Below, in pieces: positions 29,403-41,766 of a stretch of DNA of 64,000 nt. Source of the DNA: an uncultured Planctomycetaceae bacterium (GTDB lineage Bacteria > Planctomycetota > Planctomycetia > Pirellulales > PALSA-1355). Position numbers and translations under genes: made by a program. Every line of letters begins with the position of its first letter. The first letter of the stretch is position 1. The stretch is from the NCBI GenBank assembly GCA_963785305.1, contig CAWAUV010000009.1:320001-384000 (forward strand), written 5' to 3'. The notes under the pieces are model-generated. The model did not search any database. It worked only from the letters and a program-made list of their open reading frames with translations, and was not told where the DNA came from.

Positions 29403-30848
29403 ATGCAATCTGGCTCGGCGTGTGCCCGAATGCTTGGCGTGGCCATGTGGGTAGCGGCCGCGTGGGGATGCGCCTCGGGCGGCTCGACATGGGCAGCCCA
29501 GCCTCGGCCCGCGAGCTCCCTGTATCCCGAAATTCCGATGGCCACGGCGGTCGCGCCGGCGGGCGGCGCGGCGCCCGATTTCAGCCGCGCGCCGCGGTCG
29601 GGACCTATCGCTCAAACCACTCCCAACGCGTGGCCGACCCGATTGGCGGCCGCCCAAGCGCCCCTTGCCAGCGAGCCCTCGCCGCCCCTTCCGGTCGAGG
29701 ATCCCGCGGAGCTCGAACCGCCAAAGCGCCGTGTGACCGCCAGCCGATCGCTCGATGATGCGACGAGCGATCCGCCCGCGGCGCCTGCCGCCGCGGAGCA
29801 AGATAGCCCCGGTCAAGATAGCGATGGACTTCGGCCGCTCGGGCCCGACTCGGCCCGGCTGTTTACTTTCGGCCCCTCGGGCGTATCGAGCCCCTACCAG
29901 GCAAGCGAAAAGCCGAATCCGGCGTTCGATCCCCGTTTCCCTGGTGATCCCGGGCCGCTCGACGACAATACTTCGATCACCCGGGGGATCCACGATTTCT
30001 TTTCGGGCCGGACTTTTCCGACCGAAGGTTTTCCGGCCTACACGATTTCGGCGACCGCCCTGATTTTGCATCGCTCCGACGCAAAGAGCGTTCCGCTGGT
30101 GAGCGGGGCCGGCGGAACACTGCTCGGCGCGGGCGGGCTCAATCCCGGCTTTGCCGTGGGGCCGCGGTTCGATCTGACGATGCATTTTGCCTCGGGCTAC
30201 AACTTTGGGTTCGTGTTTTATGGGCTCGAGGGCTGGCACGCCCAGCAGCAGCTTTCGTCGGGACCCGGCGGGCTTCAGGTTCCCGCCTTTGGCGGCGATC
30301 GCTTTAGCCACATCAATGCGGCATACAATTCGCGGCTCTTCAATGAAGAAATCAATTCGAGCCATTCGCTCTGGGGGCCGGTCAATATTCTCTCCGGGTT
30401 TCGAGCGCTCGAACTCAACGAAAACTTGAACATCGCCGGCTCCGGGCTCACGACCAACGGCTCGGGCAATATCAAAACGCGCAACTGGTTGCTCGGCTTG
30501 CAATTGGGACTCGAGTCGCTGCTTGTCGAGCGTGGACCGATAAGTTTGACCGCCTACACCAAGGGCGGCATCTTCATCAATCCCGCGCGGGTCACGACGA
30601 ACCAAACCGGCGATGTCACGCTGCCGAGCGGTTCGAACAACGGCGCGCACGAAGCGTTTGTCGGCGATGTGGGACTGAATTTGAATTATCGAATTCGCGG
30701 TGACTGGACCGCCACGATCGGCTACCAAGCGTTGTGGATCGATCGCGTGGCGCTGGCGCCAAATCAATTGGCCACCTTGCCGAAGGTGAACTTTAGCGGC
30801 GACGTGTTCCTCAGCGGTCTCCAGCTTGGGCTGGTAAAGCCGTTTTGA
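29403..30848 (+). CDS. Putative planctomycete outer-membrane beta-barrel (BBP7-like)
   Basis: Signal peptide, Pro/Ala-rich linker, GFRALELNE, IGYQALWIDRVALA, C-terminal F. Confidence 0.6.
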   Translation: MQSGSACARMLGVAMWVAAAWGCASGGSTWAAQPRPASSLYPEIPMATAVAPAGGAAPDFSRAPRSGPIAQTTPNAWPTRLAAAQAPLASEPSPPLPVEDPAELEPPKRRVTASRSLDDATSDPPAAPAAAEQDSPGQDSDGLRPLGPDSARLFTFGPSGVSSPYQASEKPNPAFDPRFPGDPGPLDDNTSITRGIHDFFSGRTFPTEGFPAYTISATALILHRSDAKSVPLVSGAGGTLLGAGGLNPGFAVGPRFDLTMHFASGYNFGFVFYGLEGWHAQQQLSSGPGGLQVPAFGGDRFSHINAAYNSRLFNEEINSSHSLWGPVNILSGFRALELNENLNIAGSGLTTNGSGNIKTRNWLLGLQLGLESLLVERGPISLTAYTKGGIFINPARVTTNQTGDVTLPSGSNNGAHEAFVGDVGLNLNYRIRGDWTATIGYQALWIDRVALAPNQLATLPKVNFSGDVFLSGLQLGLVKPF

Positions 30849-31339
30849 CAGGCAAAATCGGCAAAGCCGCTGACCGGTGGCGCCGATCGAGCGGCCTGCG
30901 TGGCGCGAGACGCTTCTTTTGAACTCGTGCTCGGCCGGCGGTCGATTTTTTCCCAAAGAGCGCCGAAGTTTTCGGCCTGGGACACGTTTTCTTTTGAAAA
31001 TATCGAACCCACCGCGACCTTGCGTCCGCTTTAAGCATTGGGCGCGAGCCCGGTAGTTAGTCCTGTAGGAAGGGTGGCGGAAGCCGCCTTTCAAACTCAA
31101 GTTCGGCTTTCCCAGGCACGAGGCCGTCCGGAATGGCCATGGACCGTTCTAGCACGGAGCGCGGTTGTCTTCGCGCGGCCAAGGCATGCCCGATCGAACC
31201 ATGCGAGCCACGACCACGATTCCCTCGACAAACGACGACGCAACCAAGCGGCAACTGCGTGAGCGACTGCTGCGAATCATCATCAAGCGCGAACAAGAGC
31301 GCCGCCAATCCCTCAAACCGTGAGCCGGCAAGGCGCATC

Positions 31340-32724
31340 GTGAACCGGATTCAAGGGCTCTGCCTATTCGCTTGTCTGGGCTTCGCCGCGCCGCTGTCCG
31401 GGCAAACCCCGGGACCACCGCCCCCGCTGGGCGACCCGGTGTCGCGAGCCGAATCGGCGATGCGAGATTCGTCGATGGCGTTCGGCTCGTCCGGCGGGCG
31501 CTATCTGGCGCGGCAGACCCCGCATCCGGCCGTGGTGCGCGTCGTCGCACCCGGCAGCGGTAGCATTTCCCATGGCTCGGGTTGCTTGGTGGCGGTCAAC
31601 GAGCAACATGGCCTCGTGATCACGAATTGGCATGTCATCAACGAGGCCACCGGCACGATCACGGTCGAATTTCCCGATGGCTTCGAATCGTCCGCCACGG
31701 TTCAAAAGTTCGACCGTGATTGGGACTTGGCGGCCCTTGTGATCTGGCGGCCGAGCGTTGCCCCCGCCACGCTCGCGAGCCACGCGCCCCAACCCGGCGA
31801 TCCACTGACCATTGCCGGCTACGGCTCCGGAAAATATCGCGCGGCGTCGGGGCAATGCACGCAGTATGTCGCCCCCGGCCTCAAATTTCCCTACGAAATG
31901 GTCGAAGTCTCCGTCGCCGCGAGGCAAGGCGACTCGGGCGGCCCGATCTTCAATAGCCGCGGCGAACTGGCCGGTGTGCTCTTCGGGGCGGGCGAAGGTC
32001 GCACCTCGGGCAGCTATTGCGGTCGCGTGCATTGGTTCCTCAACTCAGTCGTCGGGCGCCGAGACTCGCCCGCGAACGTCGCCGCGGTCGTGAGCGCCCC
32101 GAGTTCGAATCCGCCGGGAAGCACCGCTCGGGCCGGGCAATCGATCGCGGCGCTCCGAGCGCTCACGGCGTCGATGGCGCCGAATCAACAGGAAAGTTTT
32201 GCGACCGTGGAGCGCGATCCCTTCCTAGCGACTCGCGCCGCGGGCGACGTCGCGAAGTTCGACACCCCAGCGAGCGCACGAATTCAGCGCCGGTTGATCC
32301 GATTGCCTACGAAGGGCCAAAGCCGGCGCCGCTCGATGCCTCGAAATGGCGCCCGATTGCAATCGCGGACAGTCTCGCTCAAGAATCCCACGCGAAGACG
32401 GATTTCGCGCCGCCGCCGGCGTCGGTGGCCGAGCGGCTTGCAAATGCGAGCGCGGGGACCAACGAAGAATTGCCGGTTGTCGGGCGAGCAAACGAAAAAC
32501 CCTATGCGGCGCTGAGTGATTTCGACTCGAAGAAACGCGCTGACTCCACCAGCGAATCGCTCGAGTTGAACATGACTCCCTGGCAGCAGGTTCGGGCGTT
32601 TCTGGCTGTCGTGGGCCTCGTGGGGTTCGTGCTCTGGCTGGCCCGCGCTTTGACGCGCGAACATGGCTCCGCGGCGGTGAGCGACCTGCCCTCGCAGGCA
32701 GCGGATCGTCGCCGGGCATCTTAG
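31340..32724 (+). CDS. Trypsin-like serine protease with C-terminal TM (frameshift near 32290)
   Basis: TNWHV, DLAAL, RQGDSGGP catalytic triad motifs; C-terminal hydrophobic helix in the second frame. Confidence 0.8.
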
Positions 32725-32907
32725 CGGCCAGAACTTTGAAGTTTCCACCCGAAAGTACTACAACCTGCAAGACGCACGAATTTGTCTATAGTGCCGATGG
32801 CGGCGCTAGCAAGTCATTGCTATCGGTACCGCAAGAGGTATTTTTCGGTCATTTTCGTGCCACCGATGGGTGGAAACTTCAAAGTTCTGATCTTAGCGGC
32901 CTGCCGT

Positions 32908-33006
32908 ACAACTCCCCCTATCCCCATTGGGGAGAGGGTCGGGTGAGCCAGTCCGACAACTCCCCCTCTCCCATTGGGAGAGGGTAGGGTGAGGGAGCGT
33001 GAGGGC
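32908..33006. repeat. REP-like palindromic repeat, two tandem copies
   Basis: ACAACTCCCCCT.TCCC.ATTGGGAGAGGGT.GGGTGAG twice; same family inverted at 57841-57880. Confidence 0.75.
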
Positions 33007-33298
33007 TCGCCGAAGTTCCAACGATCGTCGCCTTTACCCGCGCTAAGTCACGGCGCGCGTTCGAGTTTTGCCAGCCGCGCCGTCTTGGGCCGCATGTCTA
33101 GCGGCCGCGCCTTGGTCACTTGCGCAAACTATTCCGGCTCATTCTAGGGCGCCTGGGCAAGATGAATCGCTCCTGCGGGTCTTGTCGAATTTTTCTCCTT
33201 TCCGGCGCCGAACCGTTAAGTGTGGAACATTCGTTGTTTCCGGAACGTTCGTTAGGACCCATTCCATCCGCAAAATCCGAACCCGCAAGGATTGAAGC

Positions 33299-34882
33299 AT
33301 GGCAAGGCACTTTGGCAAGCGTTGGCGATTACTCGCCGCGCTGGGGATGTCGTTGATTGGCGTGGGCGCCTCGCTGGCGGCCGAAAGCATTCCCGAAGGT
33401 TCGATCTCGGCCGACACCAACCCAGGCAGTTCGTCGCTCGAAATCACCACTCGCTCATTTCGCGCTCGGCCGCTCGTGGCGACCCAGGCCCGGCCGGCCG
33501 CGACGGCTTCGAGCAATCAGCCCAACTTACTTCCCGCGAGGAGCGGCGCGGAGGCTGGCGCGAATTCGCCCCTCCAGCTTTCGCAAGGAAGCAATGCAAC
33601 ATCACGGGCATCGTTCGCGGAGCCCTCGAACAACGAGGAGCCCGCCACCGAAGCGGTGACGATCACCGATGACGGTTCAACCCTGGCCGGCTACTTTAAA
33701 CCGCTGCCCGAAAACGCCGTGAAGCTCGATGGCAGTGGTGGCGGCGGCTGCGGCCCTTGCGGCTCGGGCTCCGGCTCGAACTGCGGTTGCTGCTGCGTGT
33801 GCGGTCCGCCGGGGCGATTCTGGATTCGCGATGAATACCTTGGGTTCTGGGGCAAAAGCGATCACTTGCCCGCGCTCGTCAACACCGGCGTCATTCCCGG
33901 CGCCCCGTCGACGATTACGCTCTTCGGCGATCAAAACGTGAACGGCGGCTATCGCTCGGGCAACTGGATTCAGGCCGGCGCTTGGCTCGATTCATGCAAG
34001 TCGATCGGCATCCAGGGCGACTACTTGGCGCTGGGCCGCGCGTCGACCGGCTTCTATGATTCCTCGTCCGGCAATCCGGTTCTGACCCGTCCGTTTACCA
34101 ACGCGATCACGGGCGCGCCTGGCGCCGAGTTGATTTCCTATCCCGGATTGCTCAGCGGCAATGTCTCCGTGAGCGACTACAACAGCTTCAACGCCGCCGG
34201 CCTGGCTGGAGTGCGGGAATTGATTTGTTCGCAGTGCTGCTCGCCGTGCGACAATCCCTGCTTTCAGAATTGCTTCCGCTTGGATGGAATCGCTGGGTTT
34301 CGTTACTACCAATACAACGATAATCTGAATATCACCGAAAACCTCACCACCACGTCGGCGGGCTCGGGAGTTCCGACCGGAACGAATCTTCGCATCAGCG
34401 ACACGTTTCGCACGGTCAACAATTTCTATGGCCTCGAGCTCGGCTTGCGAGCGCAGCGCTGGCACAACCGCTGGTTGTTCGAAGGCTCGTCGCTCGTGGC
34501 CTTGGGCGACAATAGTCGACTCGTCTATATCAACGGCACGACCAATGTCACCTATCCCGGCCTGCCGACCGTGCATAACTCCGGCGGCCTCTTGGCCCTG
34601 GGTAGCAACATGGGCACATATCGCTCGCAGAACTTCATGGCAATCCCGCAGTTTTCGGGTCGCGTTGGCTATCGGGTGACGCAGCGGTTGACCCTGCTCG
34701 CTGGCTACACGTTTATCTTCTGGGGAGGAGTGGCCAACGCCGCCAACCAGATCGACACGACCGTGAACCCGAACCTGCTGCCGCCGGCCACGGCCGGTGG
34801 TCCGGCTCGGCCGGCCTATCACTTGGCCGAATCGAACTTCTGGGTACAGGGCTTCACGCTCGGCGGGCAGTTCAACTTCTGA
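33299..34882 (+). CDS. BBP7-family outer-membrane beta-barrel protein
   Basis: Signal peptide, Cys-rich patch, FWIRDEYL, TRPF, FRTVNNFYG, GGLLAL, QIDTTVNP, ends FWVQGFTLGGQFNF. Confidence 0.8.
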   Translation: MARHFGKRWRLLAALGMSLIGVGASLAAESIPEGSISADTNPGSSSLEITTRSFRARPLVATQARPAATASSNQPNLLPARSGAEAGANSPLQLSQGSNATSRASFAEPSNNEEPATEAVTITDDGSTLAGYFKPLPENAVKLDGSGGGGCGPCGSGSGSNCGCCCVCGPPGRFWIRDEYLGFWGKSDHLPALVNTGVIPGAPSTITLFGDQNVNGGYRSGNWIQAGAWLDSCKSIGIQGDYLALGRASTGFYDSSSGNPVLTRPFTNAITGAPGAELISYPGLLSGNVSVSDYNSFNAAGLAGVRELICSQCCSPCDNPCFQNCFRLDGIAGFRYYQYNDNLNITENLTTTSAGSGVPTGTNLRISDTFRTVNNFYGLELGLRAQRWHNRWLFEGSSLVALGDNSRLVYINGTTNVTYPGLPTVHNSGGLLALGSNMGTYRSQNFMAIPQFSGRVGYRVTQRLTLLAGYTFIFWGGVANAANQIDTTVNPNLLPPATAGGPARPAYHLAESNFWVQGFTLGGQFNF

Positions 34883-34977
34883 GCCACGCGCAATACCGCG
34901 CATGACACGAGAAACGCGGCCGCGCCAACCTTGGGCGCCCCGCGTGGGCGACCGTCGAGCGTGTGCGGTTGCCCGGA

Positions 34978-36950
34978 TCAATCGCTCCCGAGGAGCGTCT
35001 TCTTCAGTTCGACCGTCATCCCGCTGGCCGAAGCGGCGGCGCTGGCCGAGGAGCCCGCGCCCGCGGCGGCCGAACCTGTCGTGGTGGTGGCCGAAGAGGA
35101 AGCCGACAAGGAGCTGTTCGAACCGGCGCTGCCCGAGGTCACGGTGGAACCGGCGCTCGTCCCGCCGAGCGAAGCCGCGGTAAGCGGGCTCGACACCAGC
35201 AGTGTCGATGAGATCGGCGGCGTGACGCTCGCGGCCGTTGGCGATGTGGCCGAGGCGGCCGAAACGCCGGCCGACGAACCGGCGCTTGCCGCTCCGCCGC
35301 CCAGCGCGGAATTCGTGGCGAGCGAACTACTCACGCCGCTCGTCGCGGCGCCCGACGCACTGCCCGATGATCCGCTCGACGCGGCCGCCAAGAGCATTAC
35401 CGCTGGCCCGGCTGCCCCGCCGGCCGGGTACACCGCCGTGAGCACGACCGCCGGCAGCGGATACAAGAACGATCGCTTCGAGACATAGGCCGGCGCGAGT
35501 CCCAGTTCACCAAAATTGTTTGAGACCGAAGCGCCATCGGCTGGCAGCACGATGCCCGCGATCACATTGTCGCTGGCAGTTCCATCGGTCACGCCATTGA
35601 GCGTGCCGGCGGTGGTTTTGCCATCGATGAAATTCACAGGCTGCGTCTCGGTCACGGTATAGGCGCCGGGCCTCAGGCCCGTGAAGCTATAGGTTCCCGC
35701 GGCGCTCGTGGTGGTGGTCATGGTGACGCTCGTGCCGAGGTCATTCGTGCCGGTGAGCGTGACGATCACGCCGCCGATCGGCGGATCCGTGGCGGTGATA
35801 ATGCCTGAGTTGTTCTCGTCGACATAGACATTGCCAGAGACCGAAGCAGGCAGCGAAAAATTGGCGAAATTGTGGCCCGCCGAAGTTTGATCCGCCGCGA
35901 CGATCGAACTGATGCTCACGTCGACGCCCGCGACGCCGGGCGAATTGATCACGAAGTTCAGGCTCGTGATGTCCGACCAGGTGAAGGCGCCGGTGGTGTT
36001 GAACCCGGAAAACGCGGCGAACGTGTCGAACGGGGTTGCGTCTTGGGCCAGATTCACGGAATACGTGGCCGTGCCGCCGGCGCTGGTGGCGTTGATCGTG
36101 ACATTGACGGTCGTCGCCGCGCCATTGGCGTTCAGGAAACCAAAGTCAACGCGAATGCCGTTGTTCACGCCGCCCGCCGTAAGGTCGGTGTTGAGGCCGT
36201 GGGCATTCGAGAGTGAATTCGTCGGCACGAAAACATCGGAGGTCGTGCCATCGTATTGCAGCGTGGCCGACGTGCCAGGAAACGAGCTGTCGGCGCCCAG
36301 CGAAAAGGAGCCCGCGCCGATCGAGCCCACGGCCGCGATGCCGCCCACCAAGGGATCGAGCACATTGATGAGCACATTGCGCCCCCGCCAAGCACGGCGC
36401 CGCTCGCCTCGTTGAACACCGACGGGTTCGCGTTGACCGCGTTAATGGTGAATGCCTGCGCCGGCGACGGGCTGGCGAAGTTGTCGATGCCGGTGGTTGT
36501 GCCCGAATAGGCGAGGCCGTTGACGATATCGACCGTGTAATAGCTCGGGCCGCCGGTTTGGGTGGCGCCGGTGGGAACGACTTCTTTCACGAAATAGGTT
36601 CCGTCGGCTAGATTCGTGAACGAATAGGCGCCGGTGCCGGTGGCGGTCACCGCCGAGGCGTCGAGCGTGTCGCCGGCGTCGAGCACTCCATCGGTGTTCG
36701 TATCGCTGTAGAGTTGGATCGTGACTCCGCCCTCGGGCACATTCGTCGGCGCGAAGCCGGCGCCGGTGAGGTCGGCGTATTTAACGCCCGCGATCGAACC
36801 GCCCGCCAGCAGGCGGCGGTCTTCGCAACTTTCGAATGCGAGCGTGCGTCGATAGGTGTTGCGAGGTCGCGCCGCTTTGGGTCGCGCGGCGCGGCCGGAG
36901 TTCGCGAGATCAAAAAATCGAATCCATTCGCGGAGTGAAGATCGGTTCAT
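34978..36950 (-). CDS. Extracellular SdrD B-like domain protein with planctomycete signal motif (frameshift near 36385)
   Basis: RRTLAFESCEDRRLLA; two SdrD-B-like modules (GAYSFTNLADGTY, GTYSFTGLRPGAYTVTETQP); Ser/Ala/Gly-rich tail. Confidence 0.78.
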
Positions 36951-37365
36951 GGTTCCAACTCCCGCGCCCGAGGGCGCGCTGCATCGCATCGGGGTGATGA
37001 TCGATGGCAACCGTGGAGATTCGCCGAAGCGAATCGGCGTCGGCCACGATAGCCAGTCGGTGTTCCTCGCGCCGCGAGCGCCGGCGCCGCGAATCGGTTG
37101 CGCTCGCGCATTCCTGGCCGGGCCGCGAGAATCACACCCTCGACAATTAATTGGAGGCGCGACGCAAATCAAGCCGCGCGGCCAAAATCGGTCGATTTTC
37201 TCAAGTCGCAAGGCGCCAATCTTGGGCGGTGGAAACCGCGAAACTCGCGCTGAATCGGGAAGGCAGGCGTCGCGAGCGCTTGATGGAAAGATTGCCGAAT
37301 GCATCGCGCACACCGCATGTGCGCGATCGGTCTCGAGCGAGGCTTTGGCGACGCCGATCGGCGGC

Positions 37366-39010
37366 TTATTCGACGGTGGCTTGTTCGGCCAGCGAGCCGC
37401 CAATAGGCTCGCGCCGCGTCGAAGCGCCGGCGAGCTTCCGGAGCGTCGGCCTCCGATGGCTTTAGCTTGCTCGAGCGTTCGTCGAGCCAGTCGATGAAGA
37501 ATTGGGCCGATTTCTTGCTCACGCTCGGCTTGCCTTCGACTTCGACATAATAAGGCCCGCTGGAAGCGAAGCGATACGTGCCCACGGCCTGAGTAATGGC
37601 CCTCACTAGGAACCAACCGCTTTTGTCGAAACTGACTTTCGGCAATCGGCCCTTTTGTTCGACCCATTCGGCCAGGCGGACCATATGCACGACGTTGCCG
37701 TTTTGCACGATTTCGAGGTAATCGACCGGATCGCGGGTCGAGAGCGTGAGCGCGATCTCGAATTCGTGCGTCTCGCCTGGAGGCTGCGCGAACACATGGC
37801 CGGGATATTCGCCTTCGACCAACGGCCGCAGCAGCGGGCCATTGGTCACCACGACGCGGCCGGCCTTGAATCCTCGCCACCATTTCTCGACCGAGAATTC
37901 GTCGTCGAGCTGCACATACATCCGATCGTAACCGGTGGGGTTCGGCATCTGCCCGGAGCCGCTGCCTGCCGAGGGCGGCAGGCGGAGCCCGCAGTTGAGC
38001 AGATGGTAATAAATGGTCTCGCTCCAGCGACCGAGCCCACCCTCGCCGGCATAATGGATCGGATCGCGCGGTCTGCCGCCGGCTTCGTCCATGATTGTGC
38101 TGGTTCGCCCGAAATGGCAGTTGGCCAGTTCCACCGAGTCGATCGCGCCCTCGGCCACGAGCAGCGGCAGGTCCCAACTGAATGCGCGGCCGGCGTCGAG
38201 CCAAGCGTTGGGAGATTGTCTCGCTTTTTCAGCGACACTCCAGACCGGCGCCGTGTCGCTTTCGGTCCATGGCGCGGCGAGGTTGGCCACGATCAGTAAG
38301 TTGCCGCCGCGCGAGTCGACATGGCCATGGCGACCGAAGCAGCGATTGTCGGGCAAAAGAGCCCATGAGCCATCGGGCGAAAGCGTCCAGCCCGATTTTG
38401 CCGCCGAAGCGCCGCCGGACTTCGACGACTTCGACGATTTGCCGATGATCGAGCTCGGTTTGCTCGCTGAACCGCTTGGCGGCTTGGCGCTCGACGCGCC
38501 ATGTCCCGCGGTTGTCTTGGCCGCATCGCCTGGGCCGACCAGTTGCGCCAAGTGCAGGTCTTCGGCTTCGAGAACCAGCGGCATGTCTTTCTCGGGCCGA
38601 TCGACGAACAGATCGCCCGACCACCAGCCTTCTTTTTGCATATCGACCACGCGTTTCAGATCGAGCTTATGCGTGTCTTCAGCAAAGTCGTTGATCGTGA
38701 AATGGCCCACCCGGTTGAGATACTCGGGCCCGCGCTCGAGTTCGAAGTTGTATTCACCCACGGGCAGCGTGAGCGTGATTTCGCCATCGAACACGAAATG
38801 GTCGTGCCAGAACGGCAATTTCGGCGGCTTGTTCGGCAGATTGCGGGCATTTTTCAAGTGCATGCGGCAGGCGATCGGCGCCCCGGTGTCGCGGTCGGTC
38901 ACGACCAGCGTGAGTTGTCCGCCGCGAGCCGCGAACACGTAGCCGGCGAGCAAACCAACTCCGAGGCCCGCCAAGATTCCGAACATCAAAGACGCACGAG
39001 AGCGAATCAT
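37366..39010 (-). CDS. Exported hypothetical protein, CehA/McbA-like metallohydrolase (probable frameshift near 37395)
   Basis: ERGPEY, GWWSGDL, YYHLLNCGLRLPPSAGS, VTNGPLL; likely end AEQATVE* at 37366. Confidence 0.6.
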
Positions 39011-39352
39011 GTTGCCAGCGGCTCCGCGATCCAAGGCGAAACAAGCCGTGCGCCGCCGCGCCGCATGATTCGACTTTAACATGGACGGAGGCCGCCGCGA
39101 AATGCACGGGACCGCCGGTATTTTGCTGGCGCCGACGGCGCCTACGGGGTCGTCGGAGGCGCGGCCCGCCGGACGACCTCGCGGGCCGCGCTTTTTGGGG
39201 GCAATTTGTGTGCCGGCGGGCGCCGATCAAATACGTAAGGCCCCCTTTGCCGCCACGCGCGGTTCGTGGCCCCAAAGGCTATCGCGCCGCGCCCTTCCCG
39301 TCGTCTGGCTCGCTCAAGTCGCTTTTCGAGATCGCCGTTTCCGGAGTTTGTC

Positions 39353-40542
39353 ATGGAACATTTCGTTCCGATTCGCAAAAACGAACTGGTCGATTTACTT
39401 TGCAATCAATCCGGCCTGGCCGCCGCCGATCGGATGCTGCTGGCCAAGTTCGCGCGGCTGCTCTCCGTCACGCTGGGAGTCGCTTATCATCGGCAACTCG
39501 AAGAGTTGACCCGGCTCTATGCGATGTTCGATCCCGACGCCGACACCGTGCGGCTCGCGACCGGGCCCACGGGGCCACGCCGCGCCGCTCGAACGAGCTC
39601 TTCACGCGCTTCGACAATTTGATGGAGCGGGCCAATTTCGTGCGGCTCAAGCGAGGCGAAGTGCTCGAAGCGCTCTCGGCCCGAAGTTCGCTGGGCCTCG
39701 ATCTCTCGGTCGATCTGGACCTATTCGAGCGGCTCGATATTTACGCGCGCGGCGATGTGATGGCGAATCGACGGAAGCGCGGCTGGCGCGGCCGATGGCG
39801 AGGCGAAACGGTCGACGTGCCCATGTATCAGCGGCTGGCGATCATCTTTCGACTGCGCGAGTCGGCGCGGTTCGGCGCGTCGGCCGACACCGATGACGTG
39901 TATCTCAAACTGTTCAAGGACATTCCCAAGCTCGATCTCGACATGCTCCTGCCCGGCGGCAAGTTTCGCATGACGCGCTTCGACCGCGCCAAGATTCTCT
40001 TGCCGACGCTTTCGGGAGTGGGGCTCGCCGGATGGAAGGTGGCGCAAGGAGCGCTGCTCGTGGCGGCGGCCGGCATGTCGAGCATGACCACGATGCTCGG
40101 CCTGGTGGGCGGCACGCTCGGCTACGGCGCGCGATCGTTTTACGGTTATCTGCGCACCAAGGAAAAGTATCAGCTCAGTTTGACGGAGAGCCTGTACTAT
40201 CAGAATCTCGATAACAACGCCGGAGTGATCTTTCGGCTGTTGCACGAAGCCGAGGAGCAGGAACATCGCGAGGCGATGCTCGCCTACGCGTTTCTTTGGA
40301 GGCACGCTCCATTCACGGGCTGGACCTCCGAACGGCTCGACGCCGCGATCGAAGCATTTCTGGCCGAAGCGATCGGCCGGTCGGTCGATTTCGAAGTGGC
40401 CGACGCGCTCGACAAACTCGTGCGATTGCATCTCGCCGAGCGAAGGCCCAATGGCTGTTACGTGGCGCAGCCGCTCGCGAAGGCGATCGCGCTCCTCGAA
40501 CGGCCGATCGAAGAAGCGGCCAATTTTCGCGACGCCGCCTAA
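39353..40542 (+). CDS. DUF3754/TMEM143-family protein (frameshift near 39570)
   Basis: EHFVPIRK, LKLFKDIPKLDLDMLLP, LYYQNLDNNAGV, EAEEQE, VDFEVADALDKL. Confidence 0.8.
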
Positions 40543-40649
40543 CGGGCCGACTTTTTGATTGGCGCTTCGCGCCGCTTCAAGTTCCGGGATTCGCGAAAAA
40601 CGCCGCGAAACGCGAGTAAATCGCCGCTTTTCGCGATTCTCGAATCGGC

Positions 40650-40829
40650 TTCACCAAGTCGATGACGATTCACCGAATCGGTGAAACCGCGTGCAATTTC
40701 CGATTCGCACAAGGCTTGCGCCGACGGTCGTCGAAGAAGCCCACCAAAAGAGTGAATCTCGGCCTGTTGACGCGCTCGCCGCATCGCGATGACAAAACCG
40801 CGGTTTTGCTCGGGAAAATCGCGGTTTTC
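40650..40829. promoter_or_regulatory. Paired palindromes upstream of the sigma-54 promoter (candidate activator sites)
   Basis: TTCACCGAATCGGTGAA (40669-40685) with a degenerate neighbour at 40650-40666; CAAAACCGCGGTTTTG (40793-40808) and GAAAATCGCGGTTTTC (40814-40829). Confidence 0.5.
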
Positions 40830-40856
40830 GCGGGCTTTCTTTTTTCACTCCCAACA

Positions 40857-40872
40857 TTGGCACGCACCTTGC
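40857..40872 (+). promoter_or_regulatory. Sigma-54 (-24/-12) promoter
   Basis: TTGGCACGCACCTTGC matches TGGCACG-N4-TTGC (GG-N10-GC), ~70 bp upstream of the PEP-CTERM start. Confidence 0.8.
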
Positions 40873-40944
40873 CTAAGGGTAGTCCGTCGTCACGAAGACG
40901 AAACTCAATGCAACACACATCTTGGTGAATCGAAAGCAGAACCC

Positions 40945-41694
40945 ATGAAAACGCGACACTACCTCGGATCGAAAAAGACCTTCTCGCGATGGATGTCGGC
41001 CGCCGCGATTCTCGCCTCTTCTGCTTTCGCCGCTTCGGCCTCGGCCGCCACGCCCCCGGCTTTCTCGGGCTCGTTCAACCGAATGTACACCACGAGCACG
41101 ACCGACGGCTCGGGCAACACGACCTACTCGCTCGACTTCCACATGACCGGCTCTGGTTTGCCGATTCAGCTCACGAATCTGCCATCGGGCCTGAGCAGCG
41201 CCGTGACCGAAGACCTCATGGTGACCTATGGATCGTCGGGCATCGCCAATGGATCGGGCGGTCCGGTGACGCTTTCGGAACTCATCATCAACGATGGCTC
41301 GAACCAAGCCACCTACGACATCTCGGGCGCGGTCATGACCCAGTACGGCAACCCGAGCGACAACTCGACTTGGGTCGGCTCGATCACCGGCGGCACGGCC
41401 ACGCTGAACACGAACCCGACCAAGACCACGCCGACCTTCGCCAGCTATCTGTCGTCGATTCCGGTGGCGAAATTCACGCTGAGCTATGTGGGCGCCTACG
41501 ACGCCTCCTCGAGTTCGCCGCCGCTGCTCGCTCCGTCGGGAAGCGCTTCGTACAACGCCGTGGCCGCGGTGCCCGAACCGGCCACCTTCGCCACCGCCAG
41601 CATCGGCGCCGCGATCCTGGGTGGTTATCTCTGGCGCCGACGCCGATCGGTGCTCAAGACGGGCGTCGGACAACTCGCCGCGTTGCCCTGCTGA
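40945..41694 (+). CDS. PEP-CTERM sorting-domain protein
   Basis: Signal peptide, Ser/Thr/Gly-rich body, VPEPAT + TM helix + WRRRR. Confidence 0.9.
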   Translation: MKTRHYLGSKKTFSRWMSAAAILASSAFAASASAATPPAFSGSFNRMYTTSTTDGSGNTTYSLDFHMTGSGLPIQLTNLPSGLSSAVTEDLMVTYGSSGIANGSGGPVTLSELIINDGSNQATYDISGAVMTQYGNPSDNSTWVGSITGGTATLNTNPTKTTPTFASYLSSIPVAKFTLSYVGAYDASSSSPPLLAPSGSASYNAVAAVPEPATFATASIGAAILGGYLWRRRRSVLKTGVGQLAALPC

Positions 41695-41766
41695 TTGAAA
41701 CATTCGACACGCTCTTCGCTCCGAATCGACAAATCAACTTCCCTCGAATAAGAAACGACTCCTCCC